Shown piece after piece: positions 46,721 through 58,530 of a stretch of 64,000 nt of DNA. The stretch lies in NCBI GenBank assembly GCA_977017575.1, contig CDRNVI010000025.1, positions 124,001 to 188,000 on the forward strand, written 5' to 3'. Position 1 is the stretch's first letter. The number at the start of each line of letters is the position of its first letter. Both the position numbers and the translations under genes were made by a program. The notes under the pieces were generated by a model. It made no database searches. It was not told the DNA's origin and worked only from the letters and a program-made list of their open reading frames with translations. Origin of the DNA: Paramoeba atlantica. Lineage: Eukaryota > Protista > Discosea.

Positions 46721-49700
46721 TTACTTTCGCATGCTTTCAATGTGGGAGTGCTTGCGCGTACAGTTCATTCCTGAGCACCGGGAGCATCCTGCGACGTGGG
46801 AAATGATACTGGAAGGCGACTCTTGACTGCAGCAGCCCGGACAAGTAATCTTAGCGGGTGCTTTCGAAAGACCGATTCCCAAGCGCATCATAAGCGTGTA
46901 GCGAAAAAGGTATGGATTTATATAATTACTAGTGCTCTCGAGATGAAGATTTGCTTCTTTCGTGCGCTTCAAGATGTGTTCTATTCGACCGTTTTTCTTC
47001 AACTCTGCCAGTTGTTTCTCGTGCTCAGTGGTCATTTTCTTCTTCAGTAGCTTTTGAGCAATTTCTCCGCGACTCTGAGCCTTCGCGCTTGTTTTGTTCC
47101 CGCCTGTAAGATCTACCGGAGCGTAAGTGGGTTGAAAGTGCTCATCAATAGATGTTTGGGCGGATTCAAAAAAGAACTTTTGCTTGAGAACGGAGGAAAT
47201 CAGACCTAAGCCACCAAGCTTTTGTGGGAGTGCTGCAAGTTGAAAGGCGGTTTCATCGGCGCCGCACCATTTTTCAACAACCTTGTGAACTTGTTTCTCA
47301 AATGCTTCTGCAAGTCGTCGGGTAGCATGGGGTCGATGTACCCTTAAATGATAGTCTTGCCGGGGGATCATACATCGTCGTAGAATGGCCAGAGATAGGT
47401 TATTAGGTCCCATGAGCAGGAGGCGACGAAAGAGGCATTGGTGTTTGCTCATTTTCTTGATAAGTAGGTCCTCCACAATCTCATCTCCGCCAATATAAGC
47501 CCCGAGAATTTTTAGTGTATCTGTGCGGAAATTGACGCCTAACCCCTCCAATGAAGATTCGCCAGTGCATGGGGTGTCTTTCTGAAACCATTCACACTTT
47601 TCAAACTTAACTTGAAGGTTAATCTCTCCGGTGATTTCCCGTAGGTGCAGGAACGCTGCCTCGAGCGATTTCACATTTTTGGAGCTTAGAGTCACGTCGT
47701 CTTGATATGCTCGAATATTGACATCGGGATAGAGGCCGGCAACTTCACGAAGTGGTCCCTGTAAAAGCGCGCAGAAATACATCGAAGATAGAGCAGACCC
47801 TTGACGAATTCCAGAGGTGCTGTCGATGGTTGCGAAAAGGGAGTTATGCGCAAAGAAAAGTAGCTCGGAAGGAAGCCCATACTCTAGAAAGAAAAGCCGC
47901 ATAAAGGGTTTGAAAATCGGATTCTCGGTCAGTGACTTTGCAATGGCATCGCGATGTGGCGTGTTATATGCGTTGCTAAAATCCACCGTCAGCAGTGCAT
48001 GTCCCTCGTCGTATTCTCGCAACAACTCATGAATAATGGACTCACACGCATTTTTATGGAGCACTCCTCGTTGGATAGGCGCAAAGAAACCCTTTAGATT
48101 AGATTCGTGTCGCTGAAGCAAGATCGATCCGCATATTTTCAAAATGGTGTCACCCATGGCTACCGGTCGTATTCCATTTTGTGGCTTCGGGAGGGCAATT
48201 ATTCTACATCGTGTGAGTCGCTTTCGAACGCTAAAAGGAATCTCACCGTTGATGACATCACGGATCATGTGGCATAATGAAAGGCACGCTTCATCGTCAT
48301 CGGCGAGCAACCGCACCATGCTTTCACTTAATCCACTCGGCCCTGGAGAGGCTCCCTTTGCCAATCTTTCGACTGCTAGGCGGAATTCCGATTGTTCGAC
48401 AACAGCAATCCTAGGAAAATCAGCTATAGGGATGTCAATGGCGGGGCCTTCTGGATGAAGCTCTTTGAGTTTCCGAACTTTTTCCTCGGCTGTCAGCGGG
48501 GAATCTCGATAAATGTTGTCGAGAATGCGGACCGCTTTACCAGTATTCCCAGCTCGCGCCGTGTTTAAAGCATTGCGAATCGAGCGTTTGTCTATTTGTA
48601 GTTCTTCACGTTCTTCAGGGGTGAGGGAGTTATCCGCGTCAAGATGCTCCATCTTTCTGACATGGCCTACAGTTGTGGTTCGTCTAGCTAAGGTGCGAAC
48701 TGAAGCCAAGGAGTCTCGAGGGGCGTTGAGGAATTTGTGCCATATTGCTTCCTTTTCAGAGTCGAGCTTTGCATTTGAGTAACCGCGGATGATGGCACGA
48801 AAGATAGCCACCACATGGACTGAGAAAGATGGATCAATTCGCGCCATATGTGGCAGAGGTTCGAGATCACTTTGACCATCTTCAGATGAAATTTTAGATG
48901 CTTCTTCTTCAAAGTTCTTTGCCTGCACCTCAACTTTAACAAGTTTAGTCGCCCGAAGACTACAAATTTTGATTTTGCTAGATTGGGGAAGATAAAGAAA
49001 ACCTTTGGGGCCGTCGTTCCCAGGAGCTGGCTCATAGGAAATCTTAATTTTCACCTGCCCTTGTCTTGCGGATCGTCCAACTACCGTTCCTTTTGATTTG
49101 TATGTCGTAGAGCTTTGTCGAAAACCCCATTCCATCACGCATTCCGTACCTTTTCCCCAATGTGCTACAACTTTGTGAACATGATCTGCTGCTTTAAAGT
49201 TGTTGCTGTTCGTCCCCATCAGTCGCTCCACCTCGCTTTCGCTATCCAGTGACATGGTGTCGTCGACTCCAGCGACATCGTGATCGTAGTCCGAGTCGTC
49301 ATTTTCCATTTTGTTCCCGTTCGGAATATTGTCTGCTGCCGGATGCTGCGCTGAAGTTTTACAATCAATGGTGGATTTGATCGCGCGATCCAAATTAAAT
49401 CTCTGCGAAGTAATTTTAATGATGTTTTTATTGTCGGCTTGAGATGGAGTTTTGTTTTGTTCGTCCAGTGTCATCCCGTGATCGACCCAATTTTTCGACA
49501 GGGGCGTAGACCCAATGATGCGGATGCGTGGGGTCTTCTTAGGTTTCTCCGACGCCGAAGCCATACTCTTCACCTCGTTGTTCTCATTGTTGTTCTGCTC
49601 TTGTTTTCGTAATTTTACCGTCAATCTACATGATTTCACACCGAAGCCTTTCGACGTCTGAGAAGTTCCACGGGCAAGGCGTGCCATGAAGCGATTAAAA

Positions 49701-49759
49701 AAGAGTAGAAAAAGAAAAATAATTCAACAAGGTACAGAAACTGTATCTTTATCGTTAAA
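46721..49759 (-). mobile_element. SL-headed CRE-clade retrotransposon, 3'-truncated within the Zn knuckle
   Basis: 988-aa ORF 46721-49687: SPGPSG, ALPK..GIRPVAMG, VDFSNAYN, GIRQGSALS, AYQDD, CPGC..H..GC..C..H; SL copy immediately upstream. Confidence 0.9.
49725..49759 (-). ncRNA. Spliced-leader exon copy (35 nt)
   Basis: rc = TTTAACGATAAAGATACAGTTTCTGTACCTTGTTG, identical to 17844-17878; about 37 nt of AG-free pyrimidine-rich UTR separate it from the ATG. Confidence 0.88.
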
Positions 49760-51247
49760 GTAGAAGTAGTTCTTCTACATTTACCCGTTTTACATCAATC
49801 GGATCGATTGGCCAGTTCTCTTTTCTGGGATGGTTTCTCTCTCCAAAAAACGTCCTGCGCATAAAACTCGTATAGGTATAGGATACAAAATCACAGAGTA
49901 TCCTCCAAGGAGAGGTGCCGGCACCGACAGGTGCGGCGACGCCAGCTCGCCCGTGGTGCTGAGCCGCGTTTAATGAGGACTCTTCCTGAGCCCTATTCCC
50001 ATACCCGCGTGGCATGAGTAATCGCCCGGGTTCCTTCCCGGCGCCCTGAATCATGTCGTCCGATTTACCTTGTTTGGTATCCTCCATGTGGGACTTTTTC
50101 TTCCCCACAATATTTCTGCGTCTCAAGGGTCTTTTCTTCCCTTCTTTTGTCGCTTCCACGCCTATGCTCGTGCGATGGGAAACATTCTCACCTAAACTCT
50201 TAAATTTCTTGGGAAAATCATCCTTACCTGGGTAAATAGATAGACTGGTCTTATCATGTCCTTTATTTTATTAACTGAAGAGACAGGAAGTTTCCTTCTT
50301 GCTGCAAAAAAAACCTTTCCTTTACCAGTACAATCTCCCGGAAATGTTTCACTAGGTGATTTTCCAGAATCGTCTCGAACAGAAACTCTAATAAGGCCCG
50401 TTCCATAATTTCCTTGGCTCGGTATGTGTCGAGAACGCCTACCTTGAATCCCTTTCCTACTGGAGCTGTTTCCTTTTGAGGGCTGAGTCTTACGCGAAAG
50501 CGGAGGCCGGACTTTAAGGTTATGCGACCCCGGTACGGTTTCTCTTTCCGAGGCGAGCTTCGTGCATTTTCTTTCGTAGAAAAGGGCCCGCGGGAGAGTT
50601 TGATCTTTCTCGAGGCGCCTTAATTCCATGTGCCCCCTTTTAAACCCCCTTGGACGTGGATTTTCCTTCGCATATCTCCTTCGCACTCGAGCGCGCCGGC
50701 GGTTCTTCCCATCTCTCCTCGCGATGACGTTAGCTTCGTGAAACCTCATCATTTCACGCTGAGCCTGAAGATATTTCCCCTCGAGGGTATCAGCTCTAAG
50801 AGCCTCCTTCCAGTAGTCGCCAAATTTCCGACCCATTCTGTGTTTTATTCGCAAATAATGTATCACCTCCATAGATGGTTCAATCGAACGCATCGTGATA
50901 AACAAACCCGCCCTCGCACGAGAACAGCAATCAGCTAGGTGAGCTGCAATGGTATCAAGCGCCAGATCTAGACTTACGATATCTCTCGATACTGATGAGG
51001 GATCTGCAGAGTGCCCGAAACACTTTCGCACCTCGTGCCTAAGCTTTCCAATAAGATTTTTCCTATAAAGATCACTGCAAAAATGTTCGAACTTCCAATC
51101 TTGCGGCTTGAGGAGGATATCGGTCGACAGGTCGTGACAACTAGGGTCATAACTTCCGAATAATTTTTTCGGTGAGCTCACCCCTGAAACTCGCAATCCA
51201 ACTCCTGAGATTTCTCCTTCACCATTAGTGTAGCACGCCATGGGCAC
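49760..51247 (-). pseudogene. Degenerate YR-retroelement fragment truncated by the SL-headed CRE insertion
   Basis: ORF end WPIDPIDVKRVNVEELL resembles the pre-RT motif (LPLHVKKVKVLNMNEV, IPLHAPKVQPIDL) of the other YR elements; upstream ORF is gag-like only by position. Confidence 0.5.
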
Positions 51248-51534
51248 GGGGGCTGACCCTCGGACGGTTCGATGAAAAGACGGTACTCTAGGAGTTTCGA
51301 GAACAGGACGATGTGTTGTTGTTTCTGAATATAAAAGAGATACCTATTTACATTCAGAAATATTTAAATTCGTAAACAGGTACATTCATCAAATTTAACA
51401 TTTCAGAAACACCAACAAAACAAAATCGTTGATTTTTTACATATAAAAAATCCTTTTATGAATAAAATATCTTTTTTTTTTTACTTTCAAAATTTCTTCA
51501 ATTCTGCTTCTCTTTTCATAGTTTTTTTTTTTTT

Positions 51535-51625
51535 AAAGGAAAGGGTCTTAACAAAGGAAAGGGTCCTAACAAAAGAAAGGGTCTTAACAAAAGAAAGGGC
51601 CTTAACAAAAGAAAGGGTCTTAACA
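51535..51625 (+). repeat. Five copies of an 18-bp unit AAA(A/G)GAAAGGG(T/C)C(T/C)TAAC
   Basis: Directly visible; the same unit occurs at 61899-61921 on the minus strand. Confidence 0.85.
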
Positions 51626-52071
51626 ATTTTTGTTTTTTTCTTTTTAGAGACGTGTTCACATATCGCACATATGTCCCATATCCCAACGTTTTTTGTAAGA
51701 CCCCTGTCATTGCATTCTGCCACAATGACGGATCAGAGATAAGGCTTATATAAGGCTTGCGCGACTTTGCAAGCTGTGTAATATTTCGTATTATGATATA
51801 AAAACCAATGAGCTGATTTATAGACTGAATTCCTGTGTAGCGCCTTCTTCGTTTAGGTATTTCCGAAGGTGGGAATAAACTTCTAGACCATTTAATTCCT
51901 GCACCAGTAGTTTAAATTCCTGTTCAACCCCCTGCCGGTCTAGTAAGGCGGCATCTGCTATCGCATGGATCAGACTTTGCGTGTTGCGATGTAAAGAACC
52001 TCCGGACAGAACAGGCAAGCATTGGAAGCATTCTTCTCGTATAATATTCGTCTGCACGTACGTGTTGTGTT

Positions 52072-53528
52072 TCCTTTCCTTATTGTAAGACCTTTCCTTA
52101 TTGTAAGACCTTTCCTTATTGTAAGACCTTTCCTTATTGTAAGACCTTTCCTTATTGTAAGACCTTTCCTTATTGTAAGACCTTTCCTTATTGTAAGACC
52201 TTTCCTTATTGTAAGACCTTTCCTTATTGTAAGACCTTTCCTTATTGTAAGACCTTTCCTTATTGTAAGACCTTTCCTTATTGTAAGACCTTTCCTTATT
52301 GTAAGACCTTTCCTTATTGTAAGACCTTTCCTTATTGTAAGACCTTTCCTTATTGTAAGACCTTTCCTTATTGTAAGACCTTTCCTTATTGTAAGACCTT
52401 TCCTTATTGTAAGACCTTTCCTTATTGTAAGACCTTTCCTTATTGTAAGACCTTTCCTTATTGTAAGACCTTTCCTTATTGTAAGACCTTTCCTTATTGT
52501 AAGACCTTTCCTTATTGTAAGACCTTTCCTTATTGTAAGACCTTTCCTTATTGTAAGACCTTTCCTTATTGTAAGACCTTTCCTTATTGTAAGACCTTTC
52601 CTTATTGTAAGACCTTTCCTTATTGTAAGACCTTTCCTTATTGTAAGACCTTTCCTTATTGTAAGACCTTTCCTTATTGTAAGACCTTTCCTTATTGTAA
52701 GACCTTTCCTTATTGTAAGACCTTTCCTTATTGTAAGACCTTTCCTTATTGTAAGACCTTTCCTTATTGTAAGACCTTTCCTTATTGTAAGACCTTTCCT
52801 TATTGTAAGACCTTTCCTTATTGTAAGACCTTTCCTTATTGTAAGACCTTTCCTTATTGTAAGACCTTTCCTTATTGTAAGACCTTTCCTTATTGTAAGA
52901 CCTTTCCTTATTGTAAGACCTTTCCTTATTGTAAGACCTTTCCTTATTGTAAGACCTTTCCTTATTGTAAGACCTTTCCTTATTGTAAGACCTTTCCTTA
53001 TTGTAAGACCTTTCCTTATTGTAATGACCTTTCCTTATTGTAAGACCTTTCCTTATTGTAAGACCTTTCCTTATTGTAAGACCTTTCCTTATTGTAAGAC
53101 CTTTCCTTATTGTAAGACCTTTCCTTATTGTAAGACCTTTCCTTATTGTAAGACCTTTCCTTATTGTAAGACCTTTCCTTATTGTAAGACCTTTCCTTAT
53201 TGTAAGACCTTTCCTATTGTAAGACCTTTCCTTATTGTAAGACCTTTCCTTATTGTAAGACCTTTCCTTATTGTAAGACCTTTCCTTATTGTAAGACCTT
53301 TCCTTATTGTAAGACCTTTCCTTATTGTAAGACCTTTCCTTATTGTAAGACCTTTCCTTATTGTAAGACCTTTCCTTATTGTAAGACCTTTCCTTATTGT
53401 AAGACCTTTCCTTATTGTAAGACCTTTCCTTATTGTAAGACCTTTCCTTATTGTAAGACCTTTCCTTATTGTAAGACCTTTCCTTATTGTAAGACCTTTC
53501 CTTATTGTAAGACCTTTCCTTATTGTAA
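52072..53528 (+). repeat. 18-bp minisatellite (CCTTTCCTTATTGTAAGA), ~80 copies
   Basis: Almost perfectly homogeneous; two single-base indel variants near 53025 and 53215. Confidence 0.97.
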
Positions 53529-56500
53529 TCGTTATAATAAGGCCATGGATACCTCCGGCACGGTCAATGAGAGAAAGCGGTGTTCTGACCCGGTTGCTCT
53601 TATTGGTCGGTCCAGGTTAGGTCGGGGCGTCAATTTTTGGCCATCAAAGTCAAAGGTTGGCGTAGCAAAACTCCGTGATCGTGCGGTAACCAGTATGTCC
53701 AACACGATTCGTGCGGGGTCTCGTGTCGCTGTGGTCTGGCGCTGGTCGTTTGCTCAAAGGCTAAAGATGTGGCAAGGGACTGCGAAATTTCGGACCAAAA
53801 ATGGTCTATGGCGTATTCGCTATGACTGTTGTCCTGGAGTATCGTTTCCTTTTCCCCCTATAGACCCACGAGTAGCGATCTGTGCGGGCCGCGTGGCACC
53901 CCCCCGTAAGAAGAAATGTAGGAAGCACCGTTCTGCGCGACTTCCCCGTCGGAATGGCTCCCCGGCGGTCGAGGAATCTAACCCCATTGCCACGAACAAG
54001 ACGCTACATCTTGCAACTCTAAACGTCACTACCCTGAAACTAAAGGGAACTGATTATTTCTCCCTTCGCAAATCGACACGACTACGGGAAATTATGTCGT
54101 ACATGGTCGAGCGAGGCCTTGCCCTCTGTTGCCTTCAGGAAACTCGTGTACAAACCGATATCATTCAAAACATTGCACATCAGACAATTCGTCATGGAAA
54201 GTTCGTATTTCATGTTTATATTCAAGGCGCTATCAAAGGTTACGGTGGACTCATGATTCTAAGCCTATTTGAGCCTGCTCTTGTGTCGCGAATCAGTGAT
54301 CGGATCCAACAGGTTACTCTAGACTTACCAAAATTCCACGGTGTGCTATTCAATGTTTATGCCCCCACGGCGGTGGCAAAAGATGACGTAAAGGAGAAAT
54401 TTTGCAATGATCTACGTGATGCATGGAATCTTAGTAATGCGAAAATAAAACTTGTTCTGGGGGATCTTAATGCGCCACTGACAGATAAGTGTCAGCGAAT
54501 AATGCGTAAAAATAAGGCACAACATCGGCTTACCAATTTACTGTCTGAGCTTGGGGCTCGCGCGGCACATACATCCTGCCCAAGCAGAAAGAAGTGGACT
54601 TATACTTTTCAAAATGGAACTGTAAAACAACTAGACCATATTCTTGTCAACAAACGTTTCGTCACTACCTTACATGGCCACAGAGTTCTCCAACCCCCGG
54701 TGCCGACTCGACATCAAATAGTAACAGTAAAAACTAAGTTTCGTTGGAAAGCTTCAGTAAATGACGGTAGCTTGCGATTACCGTGGTATCAGTTAAAGGA
54801 TCCACAAATATGTATGGACTTCATACGCCGTGTGAAAGAGAACTACACCGAACATGCGGAGATAGTTGGGATGAAAAGAAGACGAAATGAGCCAAACCAG
54901 AAAATGTCAACTGAAATGCCTGTGATATTTCCAAGTGATATTTTGTGGGATAAATTGGAAAAAGCAATTATCATGGCTGCTGAATCTATACCAACGAAGG
55001 AGGAAAACATAAACATGTTTGCTTCAAACGATGAAACTACTACACAGTTGCGAATCCGTGACATTTTCCGTACGTCTCAAAGTCCGCAGAGGTTCGATTC
55101 TCTAGTAAAAGAACATAGCATCACCGTGAATGAAAATATCACTCAAGAATGCCTGTCTCTACAACAAAACTTTCAAAGATACAAACGTTCTTCTTGGAGA
55201 CATGTTAAAATGATGACTGGGCACACTTCATCACGCCTCAGACCGCCAGGAAAAACAAAAAGCGAACAATTATGTAATGTGCGATTACACTTTCAGAATA
55301 CTGTGCAACTAAAGGAGGTAGACAACAAGATCAAATTTGCGGAAGCGCCAAAGTCGTTTATCCCTATATCTGATGGACCGTTTGATCTCAATGAATTGAC
55401 GACTGCTCTTAAAGATATGGCAACTGGTAAAGCACCAGGCATTGACTCGATTCCAATTGAAGCCTTACGAGTACTGAACAGCGATCCGTTCATACAATCT
55501 ATTCTTCTACATTTAATTAATATGGTTCGTGAGAGCGGAAGAGCGCCACAGACATGGAAACGAGTTATCCAAGTCCCAGTTCCGAAAAAAGGCGACTTAG
55601 GCAACATGAACAATTGGAGACCAATATGTCTAATAGTGCACGCTGCAAAACTCATGAACCGTATGATACTAAATCGAATTCTTCCTACAGTGGATGCTCA
55701 ATTAAGTGATTGTCAATACGGATTCCGACCCAATAGAGCAACAACGGGAGCACAAGCAACCCTCATTGAGTTGTGCCAGAAAGCGTCTCGTGAGAATCCT
55801 GGTGTTGCGCTAGGCTTCGTGGATTTCCGTCAGGCATTTCCTTCAGTCAGCTTTTTCTCCATTCGTGCTGCACTGGAAGCCTTTCACATCCCGCAGCATC
55901 TCAGCAGCATGATAATGTCTATGTATGAAAAAACAGAAGCAGTTGTACGATGCAAAAGCGGAGTTACTGATACGTTTCCGATCCAGTGTGGCACACTTCA
56001 AGGTGATGTTTTGGCCCCTGTCCTATTCCTCATGGTTCTGGATCGAGTCATGGCTGAAGTGTATAAGGAAAATGAGTTCGGACTTATCTTGCGAAGGGCG
56101 GGCACAAAAAGACAAGGAAAGCCTGCGCAATGTCTAAATTATTTAGCATACGCGGATGATTTAGTGCTCATATGTCCCTCTCTTACTAATTTGAATCGCG
56201 TTATGGAAAGACTGGAACAAACAGCTGCGAAAGTCAACTTACGTCTCAACATTGGTGTAAATAAAACTGCGTGGATGACAGTAGGTCAAGTGAATGACGC
56301 ACAAGGAGACTTGATTCTAACGAATGGGGGGTTGGTGCCTCGAATCACCGAATATCGATACTTGGGGTTGAAAATTACTAATAAGGGTGTCATTGTAAAC
56401 TTTGAAGACCGAATTAACTTAGCGTGGGCTGCAACACATCGCTTACAGTCATTATGGAAATCAGGCCTCACGCTTGTCACAAAATTTCACTTATTCGAAT

Positions 56501-58286
56501 CTCTGGTTTCACCTTTATTGCTGTATGGCTGTGGAAACTTTTCCCTAATAAAAAAAGACGCTGATTTAATTGACTGTGAAGTGAACCGAATGAGAAGACT
56601 AGCGCTCGGGGTTCGTACTTGGGATGGTACAAGAGGTACACCATGTGATGCACTATATGGGAACAGAATGCGACTTTCTAACGCATGTCGAGTCCTCCGA
56701 GTTCAAATGCTAGGACACCTGATCCGCGGCAATAATCCCTTCAAATCGGTAATGCTATGGCGCAAAGCAACAGGAAAGAAATATCGTCCCACTCTATCAG
56801 AGGCATGTGCTGAAGACATGGAACTAGATGTCGAAGATCTCAATGTCCTAGCGGGAGATCGGGATTGGTGGGCGTCGAGAGTTAAATTTTTGCGTGAATA
56901 TCTTGAATCTCACAAATCCTACATGGTTTTCGGCTCTAGATCCTGGAAGAAGGTATGCCAGGACTTAGATACTACCACCTACAAAGTACTCGAAGGAATT
57001 GAAGAAGGCACGGACCATTCTCCTCTCTCAGCTGATTCCGAACACATATACGTAGATGGGGCTGTCAGTTCAGAAGCAGGAAAACCAGCCGCGGGTTCGG
57101 GGATAGTTATTGTTAATTCAAATGGTGTAAGAACCAGACAACACGTTTTACCACCGGAATGCACTTCACCGGATCGGGCTGAACTTCGCTCCTTTCTTTT
57201 AGGCATTCAGGCAGCTTCGTCTTCTACGAGGAACACAGTTATACATACTGATTCTCATTATGTATGGGACTGGTATCATAATGTTAGGGTTCGTTTTTCA
57301 ATCATTGGATACGGTGGCATGCCAAATGCTGACCTACTCACGCAGATACAAGGAGCAATTAAAGAGCGTTGTACAGATAGTAGTCTCTACGTTATTAAAG
57401 TGCGGGCACACTGCGGGAATTCCTTCAATGAAAAAGCTGATGAAATAGCACGCAAAGCACAGAGAACAGCTGCACGTCGTTTTTCATGCGTCATTCACAC
57501 GCAAAGGGAGGGAAACAAATCTAATCACGGTCAAAAAAGGGAGCATGATCTCCAAGAAAAATCTCCACACAAAGTGAATATGAAAAAAGGGAAACTGAAA
57601 AATACAGAAGAAGGCAGCACAGTCAGGATTGCTCGTTCACTCAACCCAGAAGCTAATACCGGGGATCCAGTAACGTTTTCTCAGTACAAGACATCACGGG
57701 GTAGACTGACGAATGCCCCCATTTTTGTGAAGAAAAGCCGCTATATGTAATCGAAATTTGCTGTGTATAACTTTGCGCATTAATCTGGAACGCTTATTTT
57801 CAGGAGTGTTATGTCCTCTTGGTACATTTATTTATCAACGCGTTAATAATATTCTGGAGCATTTATGTATATTTCATTGCTAAATATCCGTACTCATCGA
57901 AAACACTGAGTGGGGTACGTAATATTGATAGTATACGGTGGTTTATTTGGCAAGCAGAGAACAAGTTGGCGCTGAGTTGCTCTTCGGGCATATGACGCGG
58001 CAATGAAGGCAAGAACTTGCGTACTGCTTAACCCTTGGTACCGCGTTGAATATCGATGGTGAAATATTGAGCTGAAAATGGCTAATTGTAAGATTGTTCT
58101 GGTTTGCTTGTGCTCGTTTGTACACGTTTTCTCCTAATTGCAAAAGAGGATAGGTCTCCTACCTCCATTCGCATAATCCGCGGTTTGGCCTATTCGTGAT
58201 GTGGATAGATGTTTCAGTGCGCTAAGGAGAGTGTACGTTGAAAGTTGCATGTGTATAGTCTTTTGTTATTATTATTATTATTATTA
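52078..58286 (+). mobile_element. Full-length APE-type LINE with 13-bp TSD, 5' minisatellite and (TTA)n tail
   Basis: TTGTGTTTCCTTT at 52065-52077 and 58287-58299; (TTA)n at ~58265-58288. Confidence 0.9.
53545..57750 (+). CDS. APE endonuclease - reverse transcriptase - RNase H polyprotein (Ingi/L1Tc-like domain order)
   Basis: APE: ATLNV, CLQET, NVYAP, LGDLNA, LDHI. RT: KAPGID, WRPI, QYGFR, DFRQAF, QGDVLAP, YADD, YLG. RNase H: YVDGA, AEL, HTDS, KVRAH..NEKAD. Uninterrupted 1401 aa. Confidence 0.95.
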   Translation: MDTSGTVNERKRCSDPVALIGRSRLGRGVNFWPSKSKVGVAKLRDRAVTSMSNTIRAGSRVAVVWRWSFAQRLKMWQGTAKFRTKNGLWRIRYDCCPGVSFPFPPIDPRVAICAGRVAPPRKKKCRKHRSARLPRRNGSPAVEESNPIATNKTLHLATLNVTTLKLKGTDYFSLRKSTRLREIMSYMVERGLALCCLQETRVQTDIIQNIAHQTIRHGKFVFHVYIQGAIKGYGGLMILSLFEPALVSRISDRIQQVTLDLPKFHGVLFNVYAPTAVAKDDVKEKFCNDLRDAWNLSNAKIKLVLGDLNAPLTDKCQRIMRKNKAQHRLTNLLSELGARAAHTSCPSRKKWTYTFQNGTVKQLDHILVNKRFVTTLHGHRVLQPPVPTRHQIVTVKTKFRWKASVNDGSLRLPWYQLKDPQICMDFIRRVKENYTEHAEIVGMKRRRNEPNQKMSTEMPVIFPSDILWDKLEKAIIMAAESIPTKEENINMFASNDETTTQLRIRDIFRTSQSPQRFDSLVKEHSITVNENITQECLSLQQNFQRYKRSSWRHVKMMTGHTSSRLRPPGKTKSEQLCNVRLHFQNTVQLKEVDNKIKFAEAPKSFIPISDGPFDLNELTTALKDMATGKAPGIDSIPIEALRVLNSDPFIQSILLHLINMVRESGRAPQTWKRVIQVPVPKKGDLGNMNNWRPICLIVHAAKLMNRMILNRILPTVDAQLSDCQYGFRPNRATTGAQATLIELCQKASRENPGVALGFVDFRQAFPSVSFFSIRAALEAFHIPQHLSSMIMSMYEKTEAVVRCKSGVTDTFPIQCGTLQGDVLAPVLFLMVLDRVMAEVYKENEFGLILRRAGTKRQGKPAQCLNYLAYADDLVLICPSLTNLNRVMERLEQTAAKVNLRLNIGVNKTAWMTVGQVNDAQGDLILTNGGLVPRITEYRYLGLKITNKGVIVNFEDRINLAWAATHRLQSLWKSGLTLVTKFHLFESLVSPLLLYGCGNFSLIKKDADLIDCEVNRMRRLALGVRTWDGTRGTPCDALYGNRMRLSNACRVLRVQMLGHLIRGNNPFKSVMLWRKATGKKYRPTLSEACAEDMELDVEDLNVLAGDRDWWASRVKFLREYLESHKSYMVFGSRSWKKVCQDLDTTTYKVLEGIEEGTDHSPLSADSEHIYVDGAVSSEAGKPAAGSGIVIVNSNGVRTRQHVLPPECTSPDRAELRSFLLGIQAASSSTRNTVIHTDSHYVWDWYHNVRVRFSIIGYGGMPNADLLTQIQGAIKERCTDSSLYVIKVRAHCGNSFNEKADEIARKAQRTAARRFSCVIHTQREGNKSNHGQKREHDLQEKSPHKVNMKKGKLKNTEEGSTVRIARSLNPEANTGDPVTFSQYKTSRGRLTNAPIFVKKSRYM

Positions 58287-58530
58287 TTGTGTTTCCTTTT
58301 GATCGCGTCGTTGATTAGTTGGATGCATTTTTTAGACCTGTTGCTCTGCGAAAGCTCGTGTATTACGGTTAAGTCATAGTATACCTCGCCGTTGTTCCAA
58401 TAAATAACGAGATCCGGTCCGGATCGGCATAGCCGTCTTCCAGTGCAAACTTTCTGATGAGTTACGTGATTGCTTGGACTAATTATATCTCCGCACTGCA
58501 GACATTTCCATGACGAGAAAGCTCATTCAT

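Larger units (their letters stand above)
51690..58530 (-). mobile_element. CRE-like 3' fragment (REL domain) split by the LINE insertion: pieces ~58300-58530 and 51690-52077
   Basis: Joining the flanks restores ...SGPDLVIYW..VYYDLTVIHE..DAIKRKHNTYVQTN..CLPVLSGG.., homologous to ORF 62199-62894. Confidence 0.85.

Noticed and set aside
52072-53528. Possible CRISPR array or telomeric repeat
   Set aside because: No spacers and no cas genes; the unit is not a TTAGGG-type telomere repeat and lies inside a TSD-bounded LINE.
52022-53620. 532-aa ORF of (VRPFLI)n / (CKTFPY)n
   Set aside because: Translation of the 18-bp minisatellite; frame changes coincide with single-base repeat variants.
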